A stretch of 64,000 nt of DNA from Eledone cirrhosa (GCA_964016885.1 OZ024741.1:70804001-70868000); one strand, 5' to 3'; shown: positions 18,328 through 31,315, counted from the stretch's first letter. The notes: generated by a model not told the origin, from the sequence alone. Numbers and translations: made by a program.

Positions 18328-20769
18328 TTAATTAGGTTTATAATATTTAAATGTTTTTTTTAGTTTATGATTACACGATATAATTAATTCCTGTCGTTTA
18401 TTTAATAAGATATCCCTAGACTTCATTATTTCAAATAGTTCTTGGGAACATAATCTACATTCCTTTCTATTATTTTGATAAGGGGTGGCTCTTTTGAGCA
18501 CACTCCAGGTCAAATCATATTTTATATTTTTATTTTTATAACTATTGATTTTTTCTGCTAGAGATGTTGTATTAGCCAGTGCGGCATTTTTAAAGCTATG
18601 TTTGTGGGTATTATACCTTGTCTTAAAATTGTTAGAGGTAGCTCCTATATATGAGCAAATAGAATCTTTAGTTTTAACATTACATTTATAGACTATGTTG
18701 TTAACAAGACAATTCCCTTTTAATGGGCAGTTTGTTTTGTTTCTACAGTTACATCCTTTCGTTAATTCTGTATTTGAGGAGATATTATTGTTAATTTGAT
18801 GTACTGGTGGTATACTTATGGTTTTCTTACATTTATATGCATTATATGCACTTATATTTTGTTTTATGTTATTTGTTGTAGAGTATGAGAATTTAACTGT
18901 AGACCTATTTAAGATTTGATGGTATTTGTGGTTTGGCGGGAAGTTTTTCTCAAGGATATAAAAAAATTTTTTAGCAATATTATCCTTAACTTGTAAATTA
19001 AAAGGAGCATTATACCAAGTAACTCGTCTATTACGGTTTCTATGTTGTTTATTATTTTTATTATTTTTATATGTTGCATCATGATTTTTACTAGGAGGAT
19101 TAATGTTAATGATCTCACCACAACTATTTTTAGTTATATTTGTAGATTTAGGTGTTTTATCTTTTTTATTAGGAGTTTTATTATTAATATTTATTATAGT
19201 TGTATGATGAGTAGTTTTTTGAGGGTTACTATACTTTATATTAGAAGATTTAGTATTTTGGGGTATATTGTGGGTGGCATTTAGGTGTGTACTTTTCATT
19301 TGGTGTTTGTTGGTAATATTATGCTGTATGCTTTCAGTATTTTTAGTAGAAGGTATATACTCTAATCTATTTTTGTGGCCACTTCTATCTAGAGCTTCAT
19401 TATAAAAGGTCGCATTTTTATCAAATACATCTTGGTTAGAAGAAAGGTTAGAAATTCTAAGTGATATATTATATGCAAGGTTTTTAAGGATAGATTTAGG
19501 GTGATTAGATTGTGAGTGTATGTAATGTAAGTTTTGGTTAGGTTTATGGTAAGGTTGGTATATACCCGTAGCTAAATCTAAAGTTATATCTAGGAAATTT
19601 ACTACTTTACTTGTTTTTTCAAAAGTAATATTAAGATTATAATAGTCTTTAAGGAAAGTTCTAATATGCTTTTTGTTTTTTTTGATTTCTGAAAGGCTAA
19701 GGTTGTTAGAAAGAAGAAGACAGTCATCACGATATAAACCACCTTTGAGGTGGGGAAAAGAGGCATTTATGTTGAAAAGGAGAAAGAGGCCCACAAGATC
19801 AGTAATTTGGGCGGAATCGCTTGAACCCATAGTAATATCAAAAAGATTACTGTATGTGTTTCTGGTCCAGTATTCATTCTGAAATTCAATAAGTGTTTGT
19901 CTAGCATGTGTAATAATGTTAATGTCATCCGAAGTTAAATTAGATCTATTTTTAGCAAATATTAATGCTTTGTTCAGGAGTATGGGTGATATAGAAGAAT
20001 AGTAATTATCTATATCAAATTGTAGGAAAGAAGCAGAAGATTTACACCTAATATTTTTAAACCAATTAATTACCTGGGAGGTGTTTTCCCAGAGTGGTAA
20101 AATAACGTATTTTCTTATTTGTGGGATGACTCTATCTAAAATTTTTTTGCTAATTATTCCAATATCTGATTTGGAGGGACATATAAGTCTAATAGAAGGA
20201 TTAGAGTTAAAGTTAGATTTGTGATCTTTCAGGTTGAAGTGTGGTCTTTTCAATGCCAAAGGTTCAGTTCTATCTTCAATATTTAGTTTTTTTACTATGT
20301 TGTGTGTTTTGTTGTTGATGTTGGTGAGTGACACATTATTAGATTTTTTATAATTTTTTCTGAGTTCTTTATATATGAACTCATTATAATGTTCAATATC
20401 CATATGATACAAGTTACCAGTTTTGTCCGAGTGGACATGGATTTTTTTAGACTTTTTTAGGTCCAATAGGGTAGAATCAAGGTCCTTTTGAAAGACGGAT
20501 TTATACTTTTTAAATTTGAGGTGTTTAATTAAATTAAAAAGGTCTTTCTCGAAGTCTTCAAGTAAAAAGTTGTGTGGTGGATTCTTGTAAGTATTGAAAT
20601 CATACATATATTTCCGATCTTCTTGTTTAGATTTTCTATCGAAGTGGTAGGCTCTCCATCTAACCCTTCTGATAAAATTATTAGTTTTCTGAATCATAAG
20701 GAGTAAGAAGTCGTCCTTAGAAGGTATTGGTATGTTTTTTAAGGAGGTTCCTAAATATTGTTTTTCCAT
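18328..20769 (-). CDS. PLE polyprotein: RT + CxCx5C linker + GIY-YIG endonuclease (~813 aa from ATG 20769)
   Basis: SLKNIPIPS, SDKT, QFDIDNYYSSI, TMGSSDS, GGLYRDD, NFLDITLDL, TWYNAPFN, CNCRNKTNCPLKGNC, NIVY...SYIG, FKTRY, ECRLC; no stops or frameshifts. Confidence 0.93.
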   Translation of the reverse strand: MEKQYLGTSLKNIPIPSKDDFLLLMIQKTNNFIRRVRWRAYHFDRKSKQEDRKYMYDFNTYKNPPHNFLLEDFEKDLFNLIKHLKFKKYKSVFQKDLDSTLLDLKKSKKIHVHSDKTGNLYHMDIEHYNEFIYKELRKNYKKSNNVSLTNINNKTHNIVKKLNIEDRTEPLALKRPHFNLKDHKSNFNSNPSIRLICPSKSDIGIISKKILDRVIPQIRKYVILPLWENTSQVINWFKNIRCKSSASFLQFDIDNYYSSISPILLNKALIFAKNRSNLTSDDINIITHARQTLIEFQNEYWTRNTYSNLFDITMGSSDSAQITDLVGLFLLFNINASFPHLKGGLYRDDCLLLSNNLSLSEIKKNKKHIRTFLKDYYNLNITFEKTSKVVNFLDITLDLATGIYQPYHKPNQNLHYIHSQSNHPKSILKNLAYNISLRISNLSSNQDVFDKNATFYNEALDRSGHKNRLEYIPSTKNTESIQHNITNKHQMKSTHLNATHNIPQNTKSSNIKYSNPQKTTHHTTIININNKTPNKKDKTPKSTNITKNSCGEIININPPSKNHDATYKNNKNNKQHRNRNRRVTWYNAPFNLQVKDNIAKKFFYILEKNFPPNHKYHQILNRSTVKFSYSTTNNIKQNISAYNAYKCKKTISIPPVHQINNNISSNTELTKGCNCRNKTNCPLKGNCLVNNIVYKCNVKTKDSICSYIGATSNNFKTRYNTHKHSFKNAALANTTSLAEKINSYKNKNIKYDLTWSVLKRATPYQNNRKECRLCSQELFEIMKSRDILLNKRQELIISCNHKLKKTFKYYKPN

Positions 20770-20844
20770 TGTGATATGGATGATGGACAATTGAAAGAGC
20801 TCAACTAAATGTATATGGGTTTACAAAATCATACATATATATAT

Positions 20845-20985
20845 GTTTATCTTGACTCTGTATACCGTTTATCTTTCACCGAAAGTAGATTTTCATTACA
20901 TCTCTTCTTTCCATGATATCCGGAATACATTGAGTTCTTCATACGGATTGGACACTACCGTAAACTCTTGGTAGATTTATCTACA
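20845..20985 (+). mobile_element. Short PLE terminal fragment head-to-head with PLE-2
   Basis: Contains ACATTGAGTTCT (20927-20938); flanked by TA runs. Confidence 0.45.
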
Positions 20986-21004
20986 TATATATATATATAT
21001 ATAG

Positions 21005-22224
21005 TTTCTGTGAATGTCATCGAAAGGAATCTTTGTTGACGGGAATTCTATAATTTTCCTAGTGTCGCCAATGTTCAAAACATTGTAAGCGATGACCAAC
21101 TCCAAATTTATACCGCTCACCTCCGTGCGTTACAAGACAACATGAGAGAAAGGTTTGTCGACCTTTTGCCGATGGGCATCCCTATGTGGGTAGCAGATCC
21201 CTTCACAGCTAACGTCGATGATTTGGACGTTATATTTCAGGAAGAATTCATTGAACTTCAAGCAGATGACATGATCAAAATTAGATTTCCCAAAATAGGT
21301 GAACCCCTTTTTTGGATGCAAGAGGAAATTCAGCGTCGATTTCCACACCTACATGCAGAGGCTAAGGGATTTGCTCTGCCTTTTCCAAGCTCATACTTAG
21401 TCGAGAAGAGGTTTGGTGCTGTTTCCAGACTGCACAGTAAGGCTCGCAACCGCTACAATGTAATTACATGTGGAGATCTCCGGCTACATGTTACGAAAAA
21501 TCCAGCCTGACGACGTCAAAGAGTTAGTTAGACTCCATAAAGTTCAAGGGTCCCATTGAAATGAGGTCAAAGTTAAAGTAAGTTGATTTATCTGAAAACT
21601 TAGATATGCTATTGTTACAAAGCAAACTAACAATTTTTTTTATTTGTAGTTGCAGTCTGACTGGACTGGAAACCATCTACTACAATTCACTTACTCATTT
21701 GTTGTATATATTTTACCAGTTACTAATAAATATACCCTCCCGTGTGGTCATGAAAACCCTCTTGCGTGGTCTCTAAGCTCACAAAGCAGAGGGGACATCA
21801 AGTTAGATATCAACATTTATTTTGTCTGTTTCATTAAAGGGAAAATTGGAAAGCTTTGAAATGATATAATTGCCACTTTCTTCCAGATAAGAGCATTCTT
21901 TGAATAGACAGAGTTGCTCTTGTATAAATGTTCAAAATAGTTGGTATCGCCTGGTGGGAATATAACAAATTCAACTGGTCCTTATTCATAAAAAAGAACA
22001 TTTATGTTCCTTTTTTTGAAATTTATATATTTCCTTTCAAGGAATGTATTTATACTCTCAGCTGCCTGCAATGGTATCTTTGGAATATTGTTAATCAATT
22101 TTTTAGTAATCTACAGATATCAAAATCAGTAGTATATTGAAAAATGGAAAAATAGGGTAGGGGGCGTTTCGTGATTTCGAGGGACAAAAGGGGGCGTGTG
22201 GCCTAAATGGGTTGAGAACCTGTG
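21005..22224 (+). mobile_element. hAT (Charlie/Buster, SCAND3/ZBED8-like) DNA transposon 3' remnant
   Basis: ORF 21142-21510 with DPF, EEFIELQAD, FW, LPFPSSYLVEKRFGAV, KARNR, GDLRL; frameshifted end ..VQGSH* at 21559; terminal GGTTGAGAACC-like end at ~22210-22224. Confidence 0.8.
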
Positions 22225-23980
22225 ATCTAGATGAAATGCAGTTTGGGTTTGTGTCAGGTAAAAGTTCCACAGACGCTCTTTTCATTGTATGACAACGACA
22301 AGAGAAGTACCTAGCTAAAAGTAAACCCCTCTACTTAGCTTTTGTAGACCTGGAAAAAACCTTTCACAGAGTTACCCGCTCCATTATCTGGTGTGCTCTT
22401 AGAAAACTAGGTGTAGATGAATGGCTTGTGAGAGCTATACAAGCTATGTATAATGAAACAGTCAGTAAGGTTAGAATTAACAATGAATATTGTGAAGAAT
22501 TTAGTGTAAAATTTGGTGTTCACCAAGGCTCTGTCCTGAGCCCCCTTCTATTTATTATTGCCCTTCAGGCTATAATAGAGGAGTTCAAGACCGGCTGCCC
22601 ATGGGAACTCCTATACGCAGATGATCTAATGCTCATAGCTGAATCAATGGCTGAACTAGAAAAGAAATTCCAAACATGGAAGCATGGCCTAGAATCAAAA
22701 TTAACTTGTCTAAGACTAAAGTCCTAGTTTGTAGAAAGGAAAATAAGGCACAGGTACCCTCAGGGAAATGGCCTTGCTCAGTGTGTAGGAAAGGAGTAGG
22801 CAGAAATTCAATTTTATGTCCCAAATGCAAAGTATGGGTACATAAAAGATGTAGTGGGATCACAGGTAAACTATCTAAGAACGTAGACTTTATATGTGGC
22901 TGATGCTCAGGTGCAATAAGTAGCAAGTGTCCACAGGATACTAGCCCCTTCTATTGCCCAGATGGTTCTATAGAAATAGTAGACACTTTCCGTTACCTGG
23001 GTGACGAAATCAGCAGTGGTGGAGGGTGTTCTGAAAGTACAGTAGCCAGAGTCAGAACGGGATGGAAAAAGTTCAGAGAGCTTATACCGCTGTTGGCCAC
23101 AAAAGGTTTCTCTCTAAAAATGAAAGGCAGATTGTATGATGCTTGTATATGAACAGCAATGCTACATGGCAGTGAGACATGGGAATTGCGTGGAGAGGAC
23201 CTGCGTAGACTGGAAAGGAATGAAGCATGCATGCTCCGTTGGATGTGTAATAGTAATATACGTGAACTGCAAAGCATAAATGAACCAAGTGAGAAATTAG
23301 GAATAAGAGGGATCAGATGCTGTTTACTCGAGAGAAGACTACGTTGGTATGGCCACGTGATGCGCATGAAAGACGACAGCTGTATAAAAAAGTGCAGGGC
23401 GATAAAAATTGATGGTAGTTACGGAGTAGGTAGACCCAGAAAAACCTGGGACGATCTGATAAATTCTGACCTTACACACTTGCACCTCTCTAAGACAATG
23501 TCACTGGACCGAGATCTTTGGTGCTACGCAGTAATACAGAAGACCCGCATTGCCTATGTACAAAGCGAAACCTACAGTAAGTAGGCACCTCTTAACCAAA
23601 TATACACCCCAATCCAATACCCCTACCCTATCCTCCCACTCCCACCAACACCACCCTCTCTCTATAAAGTTGGTACCACAATATCCAGTCCAAATAAATG
23701 AGATAAATGAGATCGATATCGAGATCGTGTAGGTGTCACGAGAAAAAAACACAGTCCACGCTGTAATGTGGCCGTGTAGGTAACACGGTAAAAAGTTCCC
23801 AGTTCCACACTGTAAATGTGGTTGGTGTTAGGAATGACATCCAGCCGTAGAAAACCTGCCAGATAGTCCTATATGAGCGAGACATGGTCACCTGACCAAC
23901 CTTGCCTCAAGTGGGACAACTCCTGTCTAACCCATGCTAGCATGGAAAATGGATGTTAAATGAAGATGATGATGATGATA
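22224..23980 (+). mobile_element. RTE-clade LINE, 5'-truncated, decayed
   Basis: GVHQGSVLSPLLF, YADD, PHD-like CSVC..CPKC..HKRC, LRWYGHVMR, GRPRKTW; stops and frameshifts; (GAT)n tail. Confidence 0.93.
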
Positions 23981-24193
23981 CTGTAGTATAAGTTTGGTAG
24001 AAATATGTCATGCTTATAGAGAAAATAGATATGATGATGACATCACACACAGATATAAATATTAATAGACAGACAGCTAGTGATATATAAAATCTATTCA
24101 AGATATATTGGGTGATAAAGTTAGAGGGTGATGATGGTGGGCTAGGGAAAAAAGTAAATGAAAAAAAGAAAAACAAACCAAAATAACATAAAA

Positions 24194-24595
24194 ATAATAA
24201 TTGTTTGGGCACAGGGCCAGCAATCTGGGGGAACGAGAAAGTCAATTAAATCGGCCCCAGTACATTACTGATATTTTATTTTTATCCCCCCCCACCCATA
24301 AAAATGAAAGGCAAAGCCCATGGTGGGATTTGAACTCAGAACCAAAAAGTTGTAACTAAATACTGCAAAATGTTCTATCAATATTGCCAATTTACCACCT
24401 TGATAATAATATTAATTGTTTCTACTTTTGGCACAAGGCCAGCAATTATCCCAGTGCATTACTGGTACTTTATTTTATCGACCCGTAAGGATGAAAGGCT
24501 AAGTTAACCTTGGGTGGATTTGAACTCAGAACGTAAAGGGCCATAACTCTATGCTGCAAAGCATGGTGTTTGACACGCTACCGATACTGCCAAAT
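24194..24595 (-). mobile_element. Two tandem tRNA-derived SINEs (Meta/MESC-like central domain)
   Basis: Minus strand: TGGCAG..GG A box, GAGTTCAAATCC B box, GCCTTTCATCCTTACGGGTCGATAAAATAAAGTACCAG, GGCCTTGTGCCAAAAGTAGAAAC, (ATT)n tail. Confidence 0.85.
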
Positions 24596-24891
24596 AATAA
24601 TAAGAAGAATTGTAAACTCAGGATCAATCAGAGAATCCTATTAGTAGAGCAAATGAGAAGAAAGAAAAATTTAACTTTCTGCTTGCTACAAGGAATGGTA
24701 AGTGGTGGTGGTAGTGATAGGTAAGTGAGTTGGCTGGGGTTAGAATAAAAGCAAATTGCTGCCCAAATTGCTTTTTTCTGCTACTATTGAATGTACTGAG
24801 TGTGGAGGGGTTGAAATTGGCACTGAATCAGGATTTTGAAGACACTGCAAATGGTAATGAGACATCAACATGCAAAAAAGAAATATATATT

Positions 24892-24995
24892 GCGAGCAAG
24901 ACAATCACTCTTGCCTCAAGTGGGACTACCCCCGTCCAAACCCATGCAAGCGTGGAACACGGACGTTAAACGTTGATGATGATGATGATGATGAT
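24892..24995 (+). mobile_element. RTE 3'-end stub
   Basis: Matches the RTE 3' UTR and (GAT)n tail; near-identical to 37074-37180. Confidence 0.85.
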
Positions 24996-25900
24996 ATATA
25001 TGTATCATAAAAAAAATTGCTTTGGTGTTGTTGTTGTTGGTGGTAGTGTTGTGGAAGAAATGGTGTTTGGGTTTTTATTAGAAAAATTAAAATGTCATTT
25101 CTTCTTTTTTCTGTGGTTTTTTAAACTTTTTTATTTGGTTCTTTGTATTTTTTGTTGTTCAAATAGGTAATTCCTTTTAGATGATTTCAGTTTATTAAAA
25201 AAAATAGTATATTATCACTGTGTCAGTTGAACCACCACAACCACCAGCACTACAACACACACACCACCACAAGCACCACGCACACACACACCACAACCAC
25301 TAGCGCACACACATCATATGCCTCCATCACCACCACTACCACAACCACATAAATCATCATCATCATTTAATGTCTGTTTTCTCAGCTAGCAAAGGTTAGA
25401 TGGACCATCACAGATCAAATCAGTACTTTATCATAGCTACTGACCTCACAGATGGGCCAAGGGACCCACATTTCATTTACATATATTCCCATATTCTGTC
25501 AAGTGTACCAGGTACATTTTATCATGGCACCAACACTAGGTAATTGTAATGACTTTGATATAGGTGAAGAGTTCTCTCAACCATTTGTTTGGCAAGTTTT
25601 CTACAGCTGAGTGTCTTTCCTATCACCAACCACTTTACAGAACATACTGGATGCATTTATCATGTAAGTCACTAGAAAATTTGTCATGAAAATTTGTCTA
25701 GAAAACACTAGAAAATTTGTCATGCCCTTGACACAACCGAAGAGTGCTCTTGACCTGTTTTGGATGCCTTTCCTCGTACCAACCACCTTACACATCCACA
25801 CACACATATATGTAAAAGGTAAACAGAAATAACAAAGCAAATGACACAATACAATGAAAAAATATATTATTAGTTTTACGCTTGATATAGTAAGAAAAGG

Positions 25901-25940
25901 GTCTTAATGTTTCGGACACTAGTCCTTCATCAGAAGATAG
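25901..25940 (-). ncRNA. Minimal hammerhead ribozyme (no stem III) in a short interspersed element
   Basis: Minus strand: tctt CTGATGA a-ggac-tagt-gtcc GAAA ca TT aaga; a decayed paralog with the same flanks lies at ~29770-29960. Confidence 0.75.
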
Positions 25941-26041
25941 AATGAGAAATTAAAGAAGAAATAGAAAGATTGAGGAGACGGGCTGTGGCAGAAAGAAAAA
26001 AAAAAATGTTCATAGAATAAACACAGGTCTATTTATGTCGC

Positions 26042-26107
<66 letters not shown>

Positions 26108-26441
26108 GGAAAAAAATGAAACAAAATTTCATTTCTCACTCTTATATATATATGTGTGCATATATATACACACAAGTATTTCCCAACTTATGACCAGGTT
26201 CCATTTCAATCAACCAGAGTTGTAAATTGATATGGTTATAACTTGAATATGTAAAGATATAATGTGTGGGAAGGGTATTTTATATGCATTACTCATATGT
26301 AACTAATACATTTTATTTTATAAACAAAGCCCTTAAGAAACATAAGGGAAATTTGAAATGTGTGCATCTGAAATGTAAATTACCATAATAACAATTGATC
26401 ACTATAAATAATAGTTGTGAAAATCAAGTCTCTGTCTTTCC

Positions 26442-26682
26442 CATGGCTGGATTTAATGGGGGACAAAGGGGGAAATTGCCGACAACCGTAGCAATTTATT
26501 TGTGCCCTCAGCTGGGCTTTTTAGTTTTAGGCTGGTTAGAACTTTTGAATTTAATACCTGTATGTATAAGTTTTCAATTCCAATTACTTGTGCCAAGCTA
26601 ACTTTGATTCTAATTTTTTGTGTATGAGGAGCCCTCCAAACCTGAAGTGCCCTGGGCCCCACCAAGGTCTAATCCAACCCCG
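26442..26682. mobile_element. Possible PIF/Harbinger-like MITE
   Basis: Imperfect TIRs catggctggattta / ctaatccaaccccg with internal GGGCCCC; similar ends at ~61189-61382. Confidence 0.35.
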
Positions 26683-26974
26683 GTCTCTCCAGAGTACTTT
26701 ACTCGATTTTCTCAAATACTGTTTACAGTGATTGACTCTAGCTATGGTCATTTGTATTAAGACACAAATTTCAAATTCTATTTCATCTTTTTTATGCATT
26801 ATTACATGTAATAACCAAATACATATTTACAGTCATAGATTTTGCTTCTTTGTGTATATTTGTTTGGACATTGGAATATTTGAATTAAACTGCACAACAG
26901 ATGTCAAGAGAAAATGTGTGTGCCCACTTGTTAATATAAAAGGTTGTAACTGTGAGTGGTCATATCTTGAGATG

Positions 26975-27125
26975 TAGTTTTTGTGGTTTTGGCTTCAGTT
27001 CCACTGTGTGGCACCTTGAACCAGTGTATCCTGCGATAGTTTCAGGCCAAAAAAAATGCCCTGTGAGAGAATTTGGTAGATGGAAACACTGTAGAAGTCC
27101 ATTGTTTGTATTTATGTGTGTGTTT
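26975..27125 (+). mobile_element. Decayed SINE (B box + CORE-like + Nin-like segment)
   Basis: ggcttcagttccactgtgtggcaccttgaaccagtgt...gccctgtgagagaatttggtagatggaaac; a related segment lies reversed at ~48845-48885. Confidence 0.6.
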
Positions 27126-27227
27126 GTGTATGTCTTCATCTGTAAAAGACTGTTAAGTTGATGAACCTCTGTCATGCTGAAACGTATATATTTGTATATA
27201 TATTGAGAGAAAGAGAGATGTGTAAAA

Positions 27228-27285
27228 GCCCGACCTTGGCACCAAGTGGTTTCAGGTTGTCTGTTCAGCAAGCCTTTTCAAGGGC
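27228..27285 (-). ncRNA. Type I hammerhead ribozyme, U3-A8 core variant
   Basis: Minus strand: gccc TTGAAAA ggcttgctg-aa-cagacaacct GAAA cc-ac-ttgg-tg-ccaa-gg TC gggc; GUC triplet. Confidence 0.78.
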
Positions 27286-27286
27286 G

Positions 27287-27331
<45 letters not shown>

Positions 27332-27797
27332 CAATATACCTGTAAGGGTTGTAATGTTTTAAGTTCCCATTGTCAAGGTTTGCTCCCTTCCGAACCCCCT
27401 TTGGGGTCTCGGGATATGCAATCTTTGTGCGTCCATTCATCCCCCCCCCCCCGCCCCCCAAGACATGTTACAGGCCCATTGCCAGTTTTTGCAGCATGAA
27501 ATGGAGACTGCAATATATTTTTCAAACAGGCTCCTCTACCTAAAGCCTGAATGCATCCCTTGTTAACCCATGCAAAGGACGATGTAGTATGGTTCTTTTT
27601 CTCACCATTTTGCAGTTTTGGTGGTCTTATTTGCACTAGTCACCAATCTGGTACTTTCTCAAGCCCACGAAGACTATGTTTTTTTAGAAGTAGCCTGTAC
27701 TCGCCTCATTATAGCTACATCACTATATATATATATATATAGGAATGGCTTCGACAGAACTTCAACTGTTTCATTCAAAAGAAATATTACATATATA

Positions 27798-27846
<49 letters not shown>

Positions 27847-28499
27847 TGGATATATTTATTGGTATATTGTTCAACTGAACACGTTTCAGTGTGCCAAATA
27901 AGTAATGTCAGTTTGTATTGAATTGTTCTTGACATTTGCTGAACAATTTTAAGAGTTCTTAAACATTAGTTTAAAGTGAGCATCAACATTTGTTGACATT
28001 TACTAATACTGCAAGGGCCAAGAAGAAGCTTCTATGTGGTTGTTTGACATGTTAGAAATAGAAGCCAAATTTGACTTGAATTCTGAGGGTCAAAGAATTT
28101 AAATTATACATTATTTCGTTCATTATAGGTTGGGTGAATACATTATTTTGTATATTATAGGTTGGGAGAATGCACTGATATATCACTGCCTAGAGTTTAC
28201 ATATTTATGATAGATTTTTTAGTGTATGATCCTTTTGGGTTCATTAAATGTCCAGTCTGGTTATGGTTACCAAGTTTTAAAAAGATGGTAGTTAGAGTTT
28301 CTTGGACAATGTAGTATATTTAGATATCTAAATACAGGGGCATGACTGATCACTTCCTTTTCATGCTTGCTGCAATTGAGACCTCTGATGTCCTCAGTCC
28401 CTGAACTGCTGTTTTCCTCTGAAAAATCAGGAGTGCATTCCACCTGAGGAAGGAACCCAGAGAGGTGGTGTGCCTGATGCAGCAAGTGTCACAGGGTGT

Positions 28500-28660
28500 T
28501 CTCTGTCCAGTGATTCTTTGCTGAAACATTCTAACCACATGCCCATAGTATCAGAACTGTAATCTTTCAAGTCAGAGAAGTAGCAGCTCTACATGGAGTG
28601 ACTCTCTGATCTCCAAGCTATGCACTCTATTGAGTAACGTTACTCCAAAAGCTTTCCATG
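28500..28660 (-). pseudogene. Old LINE (RTE-like) C-terminal remnant
   Basis: Translates SLEIRESLHVELLLL*LERLQF*YYGHVVRM, resembling the LRWYGHVxRM motif. Confidence 0.55.
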
Positions 28661-29246
28661 AAAATTTTATATAAGAACTTTAGTTATGTTCCAAACATAA
28701 ATTTAATAACGAGAAAGTTAGTTATATTACTAAATCCTGCTAAATTCCTGATTATTTAAAAAATTATAGGCAGCATCTTTCATTAGAAATATGGTACAGA
28801 AAGGGTCAAAACTTTCATCCTAATTTTATTTAAGAAATTTGTAATGTTATATTCCAAACACTAACTTGAAGATGAGAAAGTTATTTATTTTACTAAATTC
28901 TTCCAAATTCATGATTATTTTCAAAATTATTTGAAAATTACAGGCAGTGTCTTTCATTAGAAATATGATGAGTTATATTGAATAATTTATAACAAAAGAT
29001 TATATCAAAGAATTAATGTTTTAATCCTGTATTTATAATTAAATACTTTGTATAATGAAACATTTTGAAAAGATTTACTAAAATTAGAACTTCATTAAGA
29101 TGGTATTTGTAACATTAAAAAAATAGTTATAAAAAGTTATGTTGGAATGTTTGAATGCATCATAGAGGAAATGGTGAATTTATATCAAGAGTTGATATCA
29201 GAAATCAATACTGAGACTAGTAAAATCCTAAAAATTGAAATTAAGG

Positions 29247-29277
<31 letters not shown>

Positions 29278-29728
29278 TAGAAATAACACATTTAAGGCAA
29301 ATAAATTGCAGAGTCAGAATAGCACCACACAATGTTTTGTGGTGTTTGATCCAGATTACACATCAATTTGGTCTAATCTGTCGTTTTCCTATGTTTGTTG
29401 ATTTTGGCCATAAAATACATGACTCAGTGTGTGTGTGTGTGCATGTGTATACACGCCACACACTCATATATATATATACACACACAGATACACACATCAT
29501 CCAAACCATGCCAGCTGAAAAAATGGACATTATGTGATAAGGATGATTATGATGCACAACACATCCATAGTACACAAATGCAAGCAAACACACACAGACA
29601 CATACACAAACAAACACACATGTCATAACTGCACTCATCCTGTTAAATTTCCTGTTTCCCATACTGTCATGGGAGGGTTAAAACCTTTTGAGACTGTATA
29701 CTACAACTAAATACCCTTATTAATGCCA

Positions 29729-29778
<50 letters not shown>

Positions 29779-30036
29779 AAAAGTAAATGGATAAACATCA
29801 CAGGAAAATGATGCAGTACAATGAAGCTATGTATTAGTTTAATGCTTGATATAGTAGGAAAAGAATCTTAATATTTTGGACATTTGTCTTTCATTCAAAG
29901 ATAGAATGAGAATTAAAATAGACAAAGAAATAAAATATACAAGAGTGAAAGGAGGAAGAAACAGGAAAAATGTATGTATTCAGTTAACCAATTTGAGGAA
30001 GTGGTGGTCAGAATGTATCTTGAATATATATATATA

Positions 30037-30260
30037 TTCGTAGGAAAATGGAAAAACTCGGTGTATGGAAGCTGTTAAAACAGCAAAATGCCGTGGAAAT
30101 AGTGTTGGATAAAATATTATCTTAAAGGAGAGAATTCAGCAACTCAATGTGAGTTGACTCAAAGAAAAGATAGGAAGGAAGAAATAGAATAGATGAATGA
30201 GAATAGGTCACAAACATTAAAATATGCTCTTCAGATCTCAACCTCCTGCAGTTTCGACAA
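30037..30260 (-). mobile_element. PLE terminal fragment beginning with the 3' half of a hammerhead
   Basis: Minus strand: gtc GAAA ctgcaggagg TT gagatc ... ACATTGAGTTGCT (30138-30150); TA runs on both sides. Confidence 0.5.
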
Positions 30261-30309
30261 TATATATACTGTCCAATTCTTGCTAGAAGGGGAAACATAC
30301 AAACAAGAT

Positions 30310-30344
<35 letters not shown>

Positions 30345-30744
30345 CTTTCCAACCCTTGCTAGCAGAGAAAAATATATACAAGAGAGAGAGAGAGAGAAAA
30401 ATTTACAAATTCGATTTAATTTGATTGAAATAGTCAAATATTAGCGATCCTAGACTGATATGTAATACATATGATGGAACATGTCAGTGTTATGCAATAA
30501 ATGGCATTCCCACTCTTCTGGAATGTGATGTTTTAAATAATTTTTTGTAAATTTCTAGATATATTCTGTAAACTGTTATACTTGGAAACTATAGTGGAAC
30601 TACAACAGGATGTACCAAATGAAATAATTTGACTGTTGTATAAAATACTAATATAAGCAGCTTCAGATTCTTGTTACATAATCAAATTAATTGATTAAAC
30701 TAACGGAAACTGAATAATACTATAAATCAATCTCTCTCTCTCTC

Positions 30745-30786
<42 letters not shown>

Positions 30787-31256
30787 CATGCATACATACA
30801 TACACACACACAGGCTGCCATCAATTTCCATTAATTATTTTTAAAAGTTTGAGAGTTTTATTAAAGCTATCTATTATTTCATTACTAACGTACTAACTTA
30901 ACACATGGTTTTTGCCTTTTAAAACATGTTTTGTTTCATAGAATTAGAGCTGAGTTGGTATCAATAGGGTTAAGACTGATATAACCACCACCCCTCAACT
31001 ACCAAAAAAGCAACAACAACAATATCCAAGCACATAATATATATTATGGTAACAAATTAGAAGATACACAAATGGCAGTTTGTTGATTTGTATTAAAAGT
31101 TCAATCTGTAGAAATAACATCATCTTTGTTAGTGAAACAATAAAATAGTTCATTCTATAGATAAAGAAATATAAAAAAAAATAGAAATGTACATAAGACA
31201 TTTGATTTTTATTATGTTATTTTGTTTAGAATTTTTTTTTCAAAGTTAAATATATT

Positions 31257-31315
<59 letters not shown>

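Larger units (their letters stand above)
14437..20831 (-). mobile_element. Penelope-like retroelement (PLE-2), ORF-intact; 3' boundary uncertain
   Basis: 5' junction to a TA run at ~20831. T-rich UTR with C runs continues below 18328 to the (TA)n at 14436; no terminal hammerhead found, so the left boundary is inferred. Confidence 0.6.

Noticed and set aside
26960-27090. Candidate alternative terminal exon on the minus strand (CFHLPNSL...)
   Set aside because: It is the antisense of a decayed SINE.
28670-28980. ~175-bp tandem duplication
   Set aside because: Diverged AT-rich local duplication with no recognisable function.
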